Positions 21,786-33,400 of a DNA stretch of 64,000 bases are shown here, piece by piece (the first letter of the stretch is position 1; the number at the start of each line of letters is the position of its first letter). This DNA comes from Heptranchias perlo. Its lineage: Eukaryota. The position numbers were made by a program, and so were the translations under genes. Under the pieces are notes generated by a model that was given only the letters and a program-made list of their open reading frames with translations, was not told where the DNA came from and made no database searches. The stretch covers positions 10,106,001 through 10,170,000 of the forward strand of contig NC_090332.1 of NCBI RefSeq assembly GCF_035084215.1, in the 5' to 3' direction.

Positions 21786-23200
21786 TTTTGCTAGTGGTTT
21801 TTGTTTCTTTATCCCTCATAATATACCAATTGCCCAGCTTTTTTTAAAAAAACTTAATGATCCACAAACTCAATTCAACTGCCTTTAACATAGGTTGCTA
21901 CTTAAACAGTCAGAACATAAAGGACTGTCTTGCTGAGTACACCTAACAATTCTGCTTGGAGCTGGAGATGCACTGCCCTGATTTTCAAACTTCTCTGTAA
22001 CGAGAAAAGCACTTCAAGCTTCCGAAAGATAATGTCAAGTTGGAAAGCTAATAATATGGGTCCAGCAAAAACAGTTGCTTAATTCTCTAGCTGATTTAAA
22101 AACCTTGATAGACTAACATTTCAAGGGAAAAGAAAAATTAAGGTTTTTGAATTAACACAGGGTGCACTAGAAAGGTTAATGAATACTAAATTTAAAAATA
22201 TCAAATGGAAGCTGTCAAAACAGCTATATTGGATTACAGAATGAACAAGCAAAGGAGACTAAATAATGAACAGAAGAGACCTAAATCGGAACAAAGAGTC
22301 CCTTTATTGAAGATTTTCATTGTTGGGTAGAGGGTAGGTGATAGTCAGTTACAACCGTAGATATGTTTTACTAATCTACCTCTTCTCTGCTTTGAGAAGC
22401 ATGCTTGAAATCCATCTTTTCCAACATATCTTTGGTCTCCTGATCCGAATTTCTTCCTGTTTGGCATCCGCCTCCATCCCCGTAAAGCACGCAAGTTATT
22501 CCGCTGGATGAGGAGTGCCACTTACCTAAGTTGTATGACGCTGAGTTGGTGAACCAATATAAAAAGTGCTTTGTACTGGGTAACCCTAGTAGCAATCTAC
22601 TATCATGCTGGATTTTTTTCAAGAAAGAGAGGAATACAGTCAAATATATTGCAAACCCAATGAGAGGAACAGAGCTGGGGTTAAGAAGAAACTCACACAA
22701 GATTACCCTTTTGTCGCTGGAAATAAACTGAGCTGGCAGGTTTGAGTCAATTAGAAGTCCTTGTAAAATTATACGTTAATAAAATCCTCAGGTCAGATTG
22801 GTTCCAATGTGCCAAAGCACTGGTGGATTGTATCCATCAGTAAAATACAATCCCTCAATCAGAAACAAAATTGCTTTTCAGTTTACAGCTGAGGCCATGG
22901 AGCAGGAGGGGTGACCTCCCCGACACATCTCCTGTTCTTGCAAGCCCTAAAAGGGACAAAGCAATTAATCCTTTTGCACCAAAACATTTACCCCCGCCTC
23001 CCACGTACGTGTACAAAAAGAATGTGAAACACCATTTGATACTAAATGCAGCCAATCCAATCTTTACAGGCTATGGATTCCCTTGACACAGCAATATTAG
23101 AATTTGATCCATGTAGGATGATCGGATAATGTTACCATAATTCAAAGAAGATTTTTTTTCCAAAATAGTAAATGTGACTCATAGGAACAGGAACAGACCA

Positions 23201-23743
23201 TACTTAAGAAAAGACATACTTGCTCTCGAGGCAGTACAAAGAAGGTTCACTCGGTTAATCCCGGGGATGAGGGGGCGGACATACGAGGAGAGGTTGAGTA
23301 GATTGGGACTCTACTCATTGGAGTTCAGAAGAATGAGAGGCGATCTTGTTGAAACATATAAGATTGTGAAGGGGCTTGATTGGGTGGATGCGGTAAGGAT
23401 GTTCCCAAGGATGGGTGAAATTAGAACTAGGGGGCATAATCTTAGAATAAGAGGCTGCTCTTTCAAAACTGAGATGAGGAGAAACTTCTTCACTCAGAGG
23501 GTAGTAGGTCTGTGGAATTTGCTGCCCCAGGAAGCTGTGGAAGCTAAATCATTAAATAAATTTAAAACAGAAATAGACAGTTTCCTAGAAGTAAAGGGAA
23601 TTAGGGGTTACGGGGAGCGGGCAGGAAATTGGACATGAATTTAGATTTGAGGTTAGGATCAGATCAGCCATGATCTTATTGAATGGCAGAGCAGGCTCGA
23701 GGGGCCGATTGGCCTACTCCTGCTCCTATTTCTTATGTTCTTA
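23201..23743 (+). mobile_element. Young CR1 LINE 3' fragment with open ORF2 C-terminus
   Basis: Translates to RKDILALEAVQRRFTRLIPG...FFTQRVVGLWN...GNWT*, then the tail ttcttatgttctta. Confidence 0.92.
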
Positions 23744-23890
23744 TTCAACCCTTCAAGCCTGTTCCCGCCATTCAATTAGATCATAGCTGATCTGTATCTT
23801 AACTCCATTTACCCGCCTTGGTTCCGTAACCCTTAATACCCTTGCCTAACAAAAAATCCAACAATCTCAGTTTTGACGTTTTCAATATTG
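23744..23890 (-). mobile_element. Older CR1 3' end (host of the young CR1; its tail end lies at 23181-23200)
   Basis: ataggaacaggaacagacca|ttcaacccttcaagcctgttcccgccattcaattagatcatagctgatctg is a CR1 3' UTR in reverse orientation. Confidence 0.75.
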
Positions 23891-26800
23891 TCTCTTTGTT
23901 GGGGCAGGGTTTGTTCTGGTGGCAGCTGGGCTGTAACCAAGGGCTTGTTTACCTTGCATAGGAACTTCACTCAGCAGTGGCTAGAAGTTGAATCACAGTT
24001 TTATTGAGTGCCAGCACTGAGCTGCCAAAGTTGTTGAGCAATGAAACTTTATAATTGCTCTGCTGAAGTAGTTCTTAAAGGAAACTCAGTTCTACACGCA
24101 CAGTAAAAGTAGACCTGCTAAAAGGTCACTTAGCATAAGCTGCTGGTTTCAGAAATTACAAACACAGTGAAACTTGTCTTACACCCACAATTACTTGTTT
24201 TCTTGCCATCTCCTTTCCTAAAAATATTCCTTGCTGGAGTATGGTTCCCTTCATTGCTGGCCACCCTCCAGTACCTCACCCATGGCCATTATTCACGTGA
24301 GCCTTGACAGTATCTGTGGGCTATCTGACCACAGTGGTGTCATCATCACTGACTCCTATGTCTGCCAATCCTCCCAGACCCCGGGACCCCACATGCTGCA
24401 AGGAAGCCTGCCAAAGTGACGGACGATACCTATGGCTGGCACCTCAGATCTTTTATGCTAACTACTGTTCGGCAACAACTTGTATTTGTATTTAGCGTCT
24501 TTAGTGCAGAAAAATGTCCCAAAGTGCTTCACAGAGGTGTAATCAGTAAGTTCTACTGCGGGGTATGTCTGTGCCATCTGACAGGCCCCAAGTTGCCGCT
24601 GTGGCTGGTCCACAAAGCACTCTTGCTATTTCCCGGGACGGTAGCTGGAAGCTGCTCTTGGATTCCATGAAACACTGCCTCCACCAGCTGGACAGGGTAG
24701 CTGCAACCAATGAGCAGTGCACCCTGTTGCCAACAAGGTGAGGGTGTACCTCTTGGCCTCATGTCTCCTCCTAGAAAAGGTAAGGCTGTTCCCTCCTGCA
24801 TGATGTGCGGTGTAGACCTGCTTCCTAAACACCCTGGGTGGTGGGACATGTAATAAACTGGATAGTCCGGTAGTGAAGGATAGAATACTAGAGCCTGGTC
24901 TTCAGTTACTTCTAAGCCTTTATTCACAAAGATCCACATTACCCACTCCACACCCAAGATAAGCTCTCATATAAATGGACACAAGAGAGTCTCCAATTGA
25001 TAAGCACCACCTGAATACATTTAACACTAATTGATATAAATCATATGGATACAATTAACAGGACACATCCTCCTAGGATATAGTGCGTTTTTAAATTCAG
25101 TCTGCTAGGCGAGGGGTGAGTTTTATAACTGCCTTTCTCTGAGCTTTCGGATTTGGTTTCTCCTCCAACTCCCCTCATTTCTTCTGTCCAGGCCTCTCTA
25201 CTGTGAAGCCCCTTGAATCGTACATACAAACATACAAAATTGACGGGCAGGAAAAAAACCAGCGAGTCCGTCAAGCCTACCCCTCACTCATGATGGCCAC
25301 AACATCATGAATAAACACTTCTTCCCTCCCCCCTCTCTCTCACCCACCCCTGAGTGAGACCCAGGAATTATAAGAGACAGCCCTTACTCCCAGCACCAGC
25401 TACTGGAATGTGTCACTTGCAGCCACATGAGCTCACTTTCCTTTTCGGATGGCGAACCTGATAGACACTCTTTTTTCATCAAGACACAGGCTTCAAAGCA
25501 ACAAATGGTTTTATTAATTATTTAAATTCATTATCAGGTTGTGGGCGTCGCTGGCAAACCGACATTTATTGCCCATACTTAGTTGCCCTGAGAAAATGGT
25601 GTGGTGAATTGATTGCTGTTGCCATTCCTGCTTCTACGGTGCTCAGAGCTGAACCAGCAAGCCCTGCCTGGAATTGCCGTAACCTCCTGTGTTTCTTCAG
25701 GTGTGGGGAGCCTCAGACCTTGTGCAACTGGGTCAATAACTTTTGCAGCTGCCTGGGCCCTGACCTCTTCTTCCCCGAGCTGCCTGTCTGTAATCCCTCA
25801 TCATTTCTATGTCGTTTCATGATAAAACATCAAGTGGCATGGATGAATAAACTTCCACTTCCTTGACCCCTGCATAACCAAAATATTCCAGCCAAACTCT
25901 GGACACGGGTACCTCTGCGGTCATCCATAGTCCCCAAATGGGGGAAACATTGCTGTTTACATAATGGTAGTCCGACACCAGGCTGCCATGTGCTATCGCG
26001 AAAGAGCAGCCTATGTCTCATAACCCCCTTATGTGCATAATATTCACCAAGACCGCCGTGAAGGTAATGGGTCAATCTACCTACATCACCAGTCACAGCA
26101 TAACTGGCCGACTCATATCTTACGAGCTCACAAGGCTTCCAGGCTGGAGTTGCAAGATTTCTAAGAGACCAACAGTTCCATATGAAGCACCTTATCTCAT
26201 TGTTTTCAGATCTCTGACTTCTGTTCGGCTGCACACCCCCTGGCCTATTCCAGGGCAGTTAGAGCAATTGGCTCCCTGAGTGACTCACCTGTTAACGATG
26301 TGATTGAACTGGTCTCTCACCTGTGTGACTGCTTATCTGTGCTCACAAGACAATGAAATGATCAGCACCTGCACCTAGCTGCTAGAGAGTTTTACACTCC
26401 TGATCATGTAACCCGATTTTTTTTTAATTAAACTATTTCCAGAAATCTGTCCTTTAGCAGTAAATGGCAAAGACCTTCATAGTCTGTTCACGCCTTTGTT
26501 TTCCAGCCAAATCTGCCTCATGTCTTCGAACTGGATAACCATTTCTCTGTAAGTTTCTGCCTGTACTTTTGAGGCATTAAGTCATAATCTCCAAGACTAC
26601 CACGCATTACAATATCATAGTCCATACGATTGGCAGGATTGACAAGAAAACACCACACACCCAAGAACAATTATCAGAATATTTTAGTCTTTTGTCTTCT
26701 TCCTTACATGATTGTCGTGCTTGCACGCATTCTACTGTCATTTGTATTTTTACTGTTGTTTGTACAGCTGCTTTTACTTATGTGAATGACTAAACATTTT

Positions 26801-28059
26801 CACTGACTAACCATGCCAAGAAACATTATGTCTGTGAATGGCTTGAGTGTGTTCATGTAGTTCAGCCACGCCTTCTAAGCTTCAATTTGTTCTCGTCTCA
26901 CAAAATGAAACCAAATTGTATTGAGAAATAACAGCAAAAAGCGGAGGGGGAGGGGGGCGGACAAAACAGACAGCTGTGAATACAATATATTTTATTGAGA
27001 ACACTTTCCAATTGCCAATAATCATTAAGAGGAAGAGACAGGAGAATGCTGTGTCCAATAAAGTAAAGAATCAGCATTACTAGTTAGCACAGCCATGGTT
27101 ATAAATTATCAACCAATGTGCATCACCATGGAGCAGACACAGTTTCAAGACTACCCCACTTAGTTCCATGCAGGGAGGTGCAAGGCAGTAGCCATGTATC
27201 TCCTCTTCAGAGTGGAGAAGGTGGGGGCGGTGGGCGGGAAGGAGGGGAGAGGGGAAGAGGATCCATTCCTACTGATAGATAGCTAAGAATGGCATTGATT
27301 ACCTTGAAAGATAAAATCTTTGAAAACTACAATTTGTAGCACATCTTAAGTGGACAACCCACTCTTCATTTCTCAGTTTTACATCCTTTACCCCAAATAT
27401 AAATTGTAAAGTTCATTGTCATCTTGTTGGGGAGGATTAGATATAGTATAACTGACAATAAAGTATTAGAGTTTGCCTTTAAATATGCAGATTACTTCAC
27501 TAAAGGTAAAGCAGTGTGGGAAATGCAACTCTGCTTTGCCACCCCTCTCAAACATGGGAGGCATGAGACATAGGGGAGAGGGTAAGCAAGAGGGAAAATG
27601 TTCTCACTGGAGGTTAACATATGCTAGAGAAATAAAATAATATTTACAAATTAAAATGAACAAGCTGCAAAGTACCGCAGAGTTGTCAGACACAGGAATG
27701 TGGCCATGATTCCCCAGTACTATGCCATCAGGAGGAGATGCTCAATGATAGCCAAGGACTTCCCTACAAGGAGGATGGGGAGAATTGCTGGGCATGTCGA
27801 CCCAAGACATAGCCCTGGATTTACTTGTCATTGAGTGTACCAACATTCTTGTAGGTGGATTCTGAGATGGGTCATGTTTCCTCCAGATTTCTGCCCCCTA
27901 ATAACAGCACTGTAGATTCCATCACAATCTGGGCCTTCCATGTATGCAGCCACCAATGCTGCTGTGACGTGTATTAAAGTTAACAGGACTGGCATTGGAA
28001 TCCCCAAATGCTGTGACTGGGGCACCAGTTGCATCAAGGGTAATTAATGATGAGTTACT

Positions 28060-28280
28060 AATGCTCAAAGTCACACAACATCCTGATTTAGACATATATC
28101 ATCATTCCTTCATCATTGCTGGTCAAAATCCTAGAATTCCCTACCATCGTGGAAGCATATCACCACAAAGGCTGCAGGAGTTCAAGAAGGCGCACCACCA
28201 CCTTCACAAGGCAACTAGGAATGGCAATAAATATGACCTGCCAGTTATGTCCATATCCCATGAACAAATGAAAAAAGGTA
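28060..28280 (+). mobile_element. Old KAAHHH-family LINE 3' fragment
   Basis: Translates to KVTQHPDLDIY...FKKAHHHLHK, followed by the ggcaataaat tail. Confidence 0.75.
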
Positions 28281-28379
28281 CCTATTTCTGGAGTTTTTGT
28301 TTGGTTTACCTTCAGGAAAGCAGCAATGAACGTGCAGAACTTAAAAAAAAAGGAAAATTCTTAATATGACTCTCAGAGA

Positions 28380-28670
28380 CTTCTCAAATTGATTCACATT
28401 ATTTGAAGTGCACAGCATGATCTAATAAACAGCAACTAGATGGTGGTATTGATTGAGCAAGAGATGTTGGCCAGTCGACTGAGAAAGCTGCCTCCTTTTC
28501 TTTGAATAGTACCATGGGATCTTTAATGTTCACTGCTGAACAGAAGCTCGGTTTAATGTTGCATCTCAAGGATTGCATCTCCCACAGTGCAGCTCTCAAT
28601 ACTGCAATAAGTGTCAGGTTGTGTGCTGAAATTTTGGGAGTGAGTTTAAACTCACAGCTTTCTGACTTGG
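28380..28670 (-). mobile_element. Degenerate Deu-domain SINE
   Basis: tttgaatagtaccatgggatcttt...cccacagtgcagc...gtgtcaggttgtgtgctg, the reverse complement of the family consensus. Confidence 0.6.
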
Positions 28671-28961
28671 GAGGTACACTGGGCCAAAGTGGCGCACATG
28701 AGGTTAGGTAGGCTGGACAGAATGGTGTTGATGAGTTTATTCCTCTTCCGTGCTTCCTCAGAGGGGCTTAAATAGTGCTTTGTGATATTCGTGACAAATA
28801 TCTTAGCGTTTATTATAAACCAGTTAATGTTGAACCTCATTTGCCTAGGCTGATAGAGTAATACTGGGCATGATCCCAACGCCATAAGGACAAATTAATA
28901 ACTTATTAGCTTTGATATAACCAAGGCTTCGGGTGAGGTGAGGAGTGTATGTATTATGATG

Positions 28962-29083
28962 ACGTGGAGATGCCGGTGATGGACTGGGGTTGACAATTGT
29001 AAACAATTTTACAACACCAAGTTATAGTCCAGCAATTTTATTTTAAATTCACAAGGTTTTTATAACTTGGTGTTGTAAAATTG
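28962..29083. mobile_element. Second Penelope-like fold-back mini-insertion (same family as 10709-10930)
   Basis: Identical to 10710-10801, followed by a short inverted arm tataacttggtgttgtaaaattg; 12-bp TSD tgtattatgatg at 28950-28961 and 29082-29093. Confidence 0.85.
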
Positions 29084-29200
29084 TATTATGATGCACAAGA
29101 CATCACAATTGTAAGGAACAGGCTGAATGGACCAATAGGTCTTATCCTGCCAGTCATTTTTCGTATGTCATATGTAAACAATCATTAACAAGTGCCAAAT

Positions 29201-29373
29201 CAAAAGCAAAATATTGCAGATGCTGGAAATCCGAAATAAAAACAGAAAATGCTGGAAATACTCAGCAAGTCAGGCAGCATCTGACCCTTCAATGACCTGA
29301 AACCATAACTCTCTTTCTTTCTCCACAGGTGCTGCCTGACTTGCTGAGTATTTCCAGCATTTTCTGTTTTTAT
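29201..29373. mobile_element. Penelope-like fold-back mini-element (second family)
   Basis: ataaaaacagaaaatgctggaaatactcagcaagtcaggcagca is inverted at 29330-29373; same terminus as the RT-bearing copy at 54181. Confidence 0.8.
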
Positions 29374-29469
29374 CACTAACAAGGAGAAGACCACGAATAG
29401 AATTGGCCCAGCCAAACTAAAAATGCAGAATTACATACAAACATCCTGGTTCTTAATATCGCAGAGCAC

Positions 29470-30400
29470 CATTTTCCACGCCCTTCTCTTAAAATGAACG
29501 GGGGGGGGGGTAAAAGCGCTGCGGTACCACCGTTGATGCGCTGCTCGTCCTGCAGAGGGTGGCAGCGGGGGAGGTTGTTGTCGTCTCTGTTCCGTGGTCG
29601 GAGGACTTGCGCTCACACACAGGTGAGCTCTTGGGGCCGCCACCTGGCTCGGTGGCGCTGGTCGGGGTGAAGTGGAATAGAGCGAGGGCCAGTGACAGTA
29701 CCCGGATGGCAGGGGGGGGGCGGTTGGTATCAGCAGCGCGAGCTGGAGTCGGTGTTTGAACAGAGCACGAGCAGGGTAAGGAGCGCGCGCGCGCGCCCGC
29801 CCGCCGGCCCCTCTCTCTCTCTCGCGCGCGCGCGCCCGCCGGCCCCCTCTCTCTCGCGCGCGCGCGCGCGCCCGCCGGCCCCCTCTCTCTCTCGCGCGCG
29901 CGCGCCCCCTCCCTCCCTCGTGCCCGTGCCCGTGCCCGCGCTCGCCCCTCGCGCGCGGGGGACAGTTGGCCGGAGGGGTCAGGGTGATGGATGGATGGAT
30001 GGAAGCTGCCACCTGCGGGTGAGTCGGTCCGGCATCGCTCCACTTCCCAGACTGTTCATTAAAAACGAATAAAACTCCGACGGTTTGAGCTTTCGTTTCC
30101 TTCCACCGAGACGCGGAGCCGGAGGCGGGTAAGGGAGTCAGATTGTCGCCGGCGGTGCTGCCTTTGCGGTGGCGCCCGGCCCGTGGCCGATGTCTCGTCT
30201 CGGTCTGCCTGCCTGTGTCTTTTTTTTATTTTTTAAATGTGTGTTTGCGTTGCGAGTTGCTGAGCTTTGTCCCGTAGGGAGCTGCTCGACGCTGTGATTC
30301 TTGTGGCAACAGCAGCCATCTGTGCCACCGTCTCTGCCGCCCCATCCCCCCAGAGCGGCCCGTAGCTGCTCGCTGTCGTTTCTTATTTCAGTTATTGTTT
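29470..30400 (+). promoter_or_regulatory. CNST: CpG island: inferred CNST promoter and non-coding first exon(s)
   Basis: Very GC- and CpG-rich. Four consensus + strand donors: GTGAGC at 29623, GTAAGG at 29776, GTGAGT at 30019, GTAAGG at 30129. The next coding exon downstream is CNST. Confidence 0.65.
29783..29910. repeat. Compound (CG)n/(CT)n repeat, about 3 units
   Basis: (gc)n cccgccggcccc (ct)n repeated three times. Confidence 0.9.
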
Positions 30401-30459
30401 CCAGAAACCGCTTAATTCAGTCAGTCCCTCTCTGTGGCCCCCCATCCACTCAAAGTGTC

Positions 30460-33400
30460 CCTGTCACCGTGTCTCCCTCGCTGCCTGTCTGTCACCCTGT
30501 CTCCCTCGCTGCCTGTCTGTCACCGTGTCTCCCTCGCTGCCTGTCTGTCACCGTGTCTCCCTCGCTGCCTGTCTGTCACCGTGTCTCCCTCGCTGCCTGT
30601 CTGTCACCCTGTCTCCCTCGCTGCCTGTCTGTCACCCTGTCTTCCTCGCTGCCTGTCTGTCACCCTGTCTCCCTCGCTGCCTGTCTGTCACCCTGTCTCC
30701 CTCGCTGCCTGTCTGTCACCCTGTCTCCCTCGCTGCCTGTCTGTCACCCTGTCTCCCTCGCTGCCTGTCTGTCACCCTGTCTCCCTCGCTGCCTGTCTGT
30801 CACCCTGTCTCCCTCGCTGCCTGTCTGTCACCCTGTCTCCCTCGCTGCCTGTCTGTCACCCTGTCTCCCTCGCTGCCTGCCTGTCACCCTGTCTCCCTCG
30901 CTGCCTGCCTGTCACCCTGTCTCGCTCGCTGCCTGCCTGTCACCGTGTCTCCCTCGCTGCCTGCCTGTCACCCTGTCTCCCTCGCTGCCTGCCTGTCACC
31001 CTGTCTCGCTCGCTGCCTGCCTGTCACCCTGTCTCGCTCGCTGCCTGCCTGTCACCCTGTCTCGCTCGCTGCCTGCCTGTCACCCTGTCTCGCTCGCTGC
31101 CTGCCTGTCACCCTGTCTCGCTCGCTGCCTGCCTGTCACCGTCTCGCTCGCTGCCTGCCTGTCACCCTGTCTCCCTCGCTGCCTGCCTGTCACCGTGTCT
31201 CCCTCGCTGCCTGCCTGTCACCCTGTCTCCCTCGCTGCCTGCCTGTCACCCTGTCTCCCTCGCTGCCTGCCTGTCACCCTGTCTCCCTCGCTGCCTGCCT
31301 GTCACCCTGTCTCCCTCGCTGCCTGCCTGTCACCCTGTCTCCCTCGCTGCCTGCCTGTCACCCTGTCTCCCTCGCTGCCTGCCTGTCACCCTGTCTCCCT
31401 CGCTGCCTGCCTGTCACCCTGTCTCCCTCGCTGCCTGTCTGTCACCCTGTCTCCCTCGCTGCCTGCCTGTCACCCTGTCTCCCTCGCTGCCTGCCTGTCA
31501 CCCTGTCTCGCTCGCTGCCTGCCTGTCACCCGGTCTCGCTCGCTGCCTGCCTGTCACCCGGTCTCGCTCGCTCGCTGCCTGCCTGTCACCCGGTCTCGCT
31601 CGCTCGCTGCCTGCCTGTCACCCGGTCTCGCTCGCTCGCTGCCTGCCTGTCACCCGGTCTCGCTCGCTCGCTGCCTGCCTGTCACCCGGTCTCGCTCGCT
31701 CGCTGCCTGCCTGTCACCCGGTCTCGCTCGCTCGCTGCCTGCCTGTCACCCGGTCTCGCTCGCTCGCTGCCTGCCTGTCACCCGGTCTCGCTCGCTCGCT
31801 GCCTGCCTGTCACCCGGTCTCGCTCGCTCGCTGCCTGCCTGTCACCCGGTCTCGCTCGCTCGCTGCCTGCCTGTCACCCGGTCTCGCTCGCTCGCTGCCT
31901 GCCTGTCACCCGGTCTCGCTCGCTCGCTGCCTGCCTGTCACCCGGTCTCGCTCGCTCGCTGCCTGCCTGTCACCCGGTCTCGCTCGCTCGGTGCCTGCCT
32001 GTCACCCGGTCTCGCTCGCTCGCTGCCTGCCTGTCACCCGGTCTCGCTCGCTCGCTGCCTGCCTGTCACCCGGTCTCGCTCGCTCGCTGCCTGCCTGTCA
32101 CCCGGTCTCGCTCGCTCGCTGCCTGCCTGTCACCCGGTCTCGCTCGCTCGCTGCCTGCCTGTCACCCGGTCTCGCTCGCTCGCTGCCTGCCTGTCACCCG
32201 GTCTCGCTCGCTCGCTGCCTGCCTGTCACCCGGTCTCGCTCGCTCGCTGCCTGCCTGTCACCCGGTCTCGCTCGCTCGCTGCCTGCCTGTCACCCGGTCT
32301 CGCTCGCTCGCTGCCTGCCTGTCACCCGGTCTCGCTCGCTCGCTGCCTGCCTGTCACCCGGTCTCGCTCGCTCGCTCGCTGCCTGCCTGTCACCCGGTCT
32401 CGCTCGCTCGCTCGCTGCCTGCCTGTCACCCGGTCTCGCTCGCTCGCTCGCTGCCTGCCTGTCACCCGGTCTCGCTCGCTCGCTCGCTGCCTGCCTGTCA
32501 CCCGGTCTCGCTCGCTCGCTCGCTGCCTGCCTGTCACCCGGTCTCGCTCCCTCGCTCGCTGCCTGCCTGTCACCCGGTCTCCCTCCCTCGCTCGCTGCCT
32601 GCCTGTCACCCGGTCTCCCTCCCTCGCTCGCTGCCTGCCTGTCACCCGGTCTCCCTCCCTCGCTCGCTGCCTGCCTGTCACCCGGTCTCCCTCCCTCGCT
32701 CGCTGCCTGCCTGTCACCCGGTCTCCCTCCCTCGCTCGCTGCCTGCCTGTCACCCGGTCTCCCTCCCTCGCTCGCTGCCTGCCTGTCACCCGGTCTCCCT
32801 CCCTCGCTCGCTGCCTGCCTGTCACCCGGTCTCCCTCCCTCGCTCGCTGCCTGCCTGTCACCCGGTCTCCCTCCCTCGCTCGCTGCCTGCCTGTCACCCG
32901 GTCTCCCTCCCTCGCTCGCTGCCTGCCTGTCACCCGGTCTCCCTCCCTCGCTCGCTGCCTGCCTGTCACCCGGTCTCCCTCCCTCGCTCGCTGCCTGCCT
33001 GTCACCCGGTCTCCCTCCCTCGCTCGCTGCCTGCCTGTCACCCGGTCTCCCTCCCTCGCTCGCTGCCTGCCTGTCACCCGGTCTCCCTCCCTCGCTCGCT
33101 GCCTGCCTGTCACCCGGTCTCCCTCCCTCGCTCGCTGCCTGCCTGTCACCCGGTCTCCCTCCCTCGCTCGCTGCCTGCCTGTCACCCGGTCTCCCTCCCT
33201 CGCTCGCTGCCTGCCTGTCACCCGGTCTCCCTCCCTCGCTCGCTGCCTGCCTGTCACCCGGTCTCCCTCCCTCGCTCGCTGCCTGCCTGTCACCCGGTCT
33301 CCCTCCCTCGCTCGCTGCCTGCCTGTCACCCGGTCTCCCTCCCTCGCTCGCTGCCTGCCTGTCACCCGGTCTCCCTCCCTCGCTCGCTGCCTGCCTGTCA

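Noticed and set aside
25830-26234. - strand ORF faintly resembling a LINE AP-endonuclease N-terminus (IWNCWSL, ELVRYE, GVG)
   Set aside because: Too degenerate to call without an HMM search; at most an old LINE remnant.
29431-30072. Arg/Ala/Pro-rich ORFs in the CpG island
   Set aside because: Low-complexity translations of (CG)n/(CT)n repeats.
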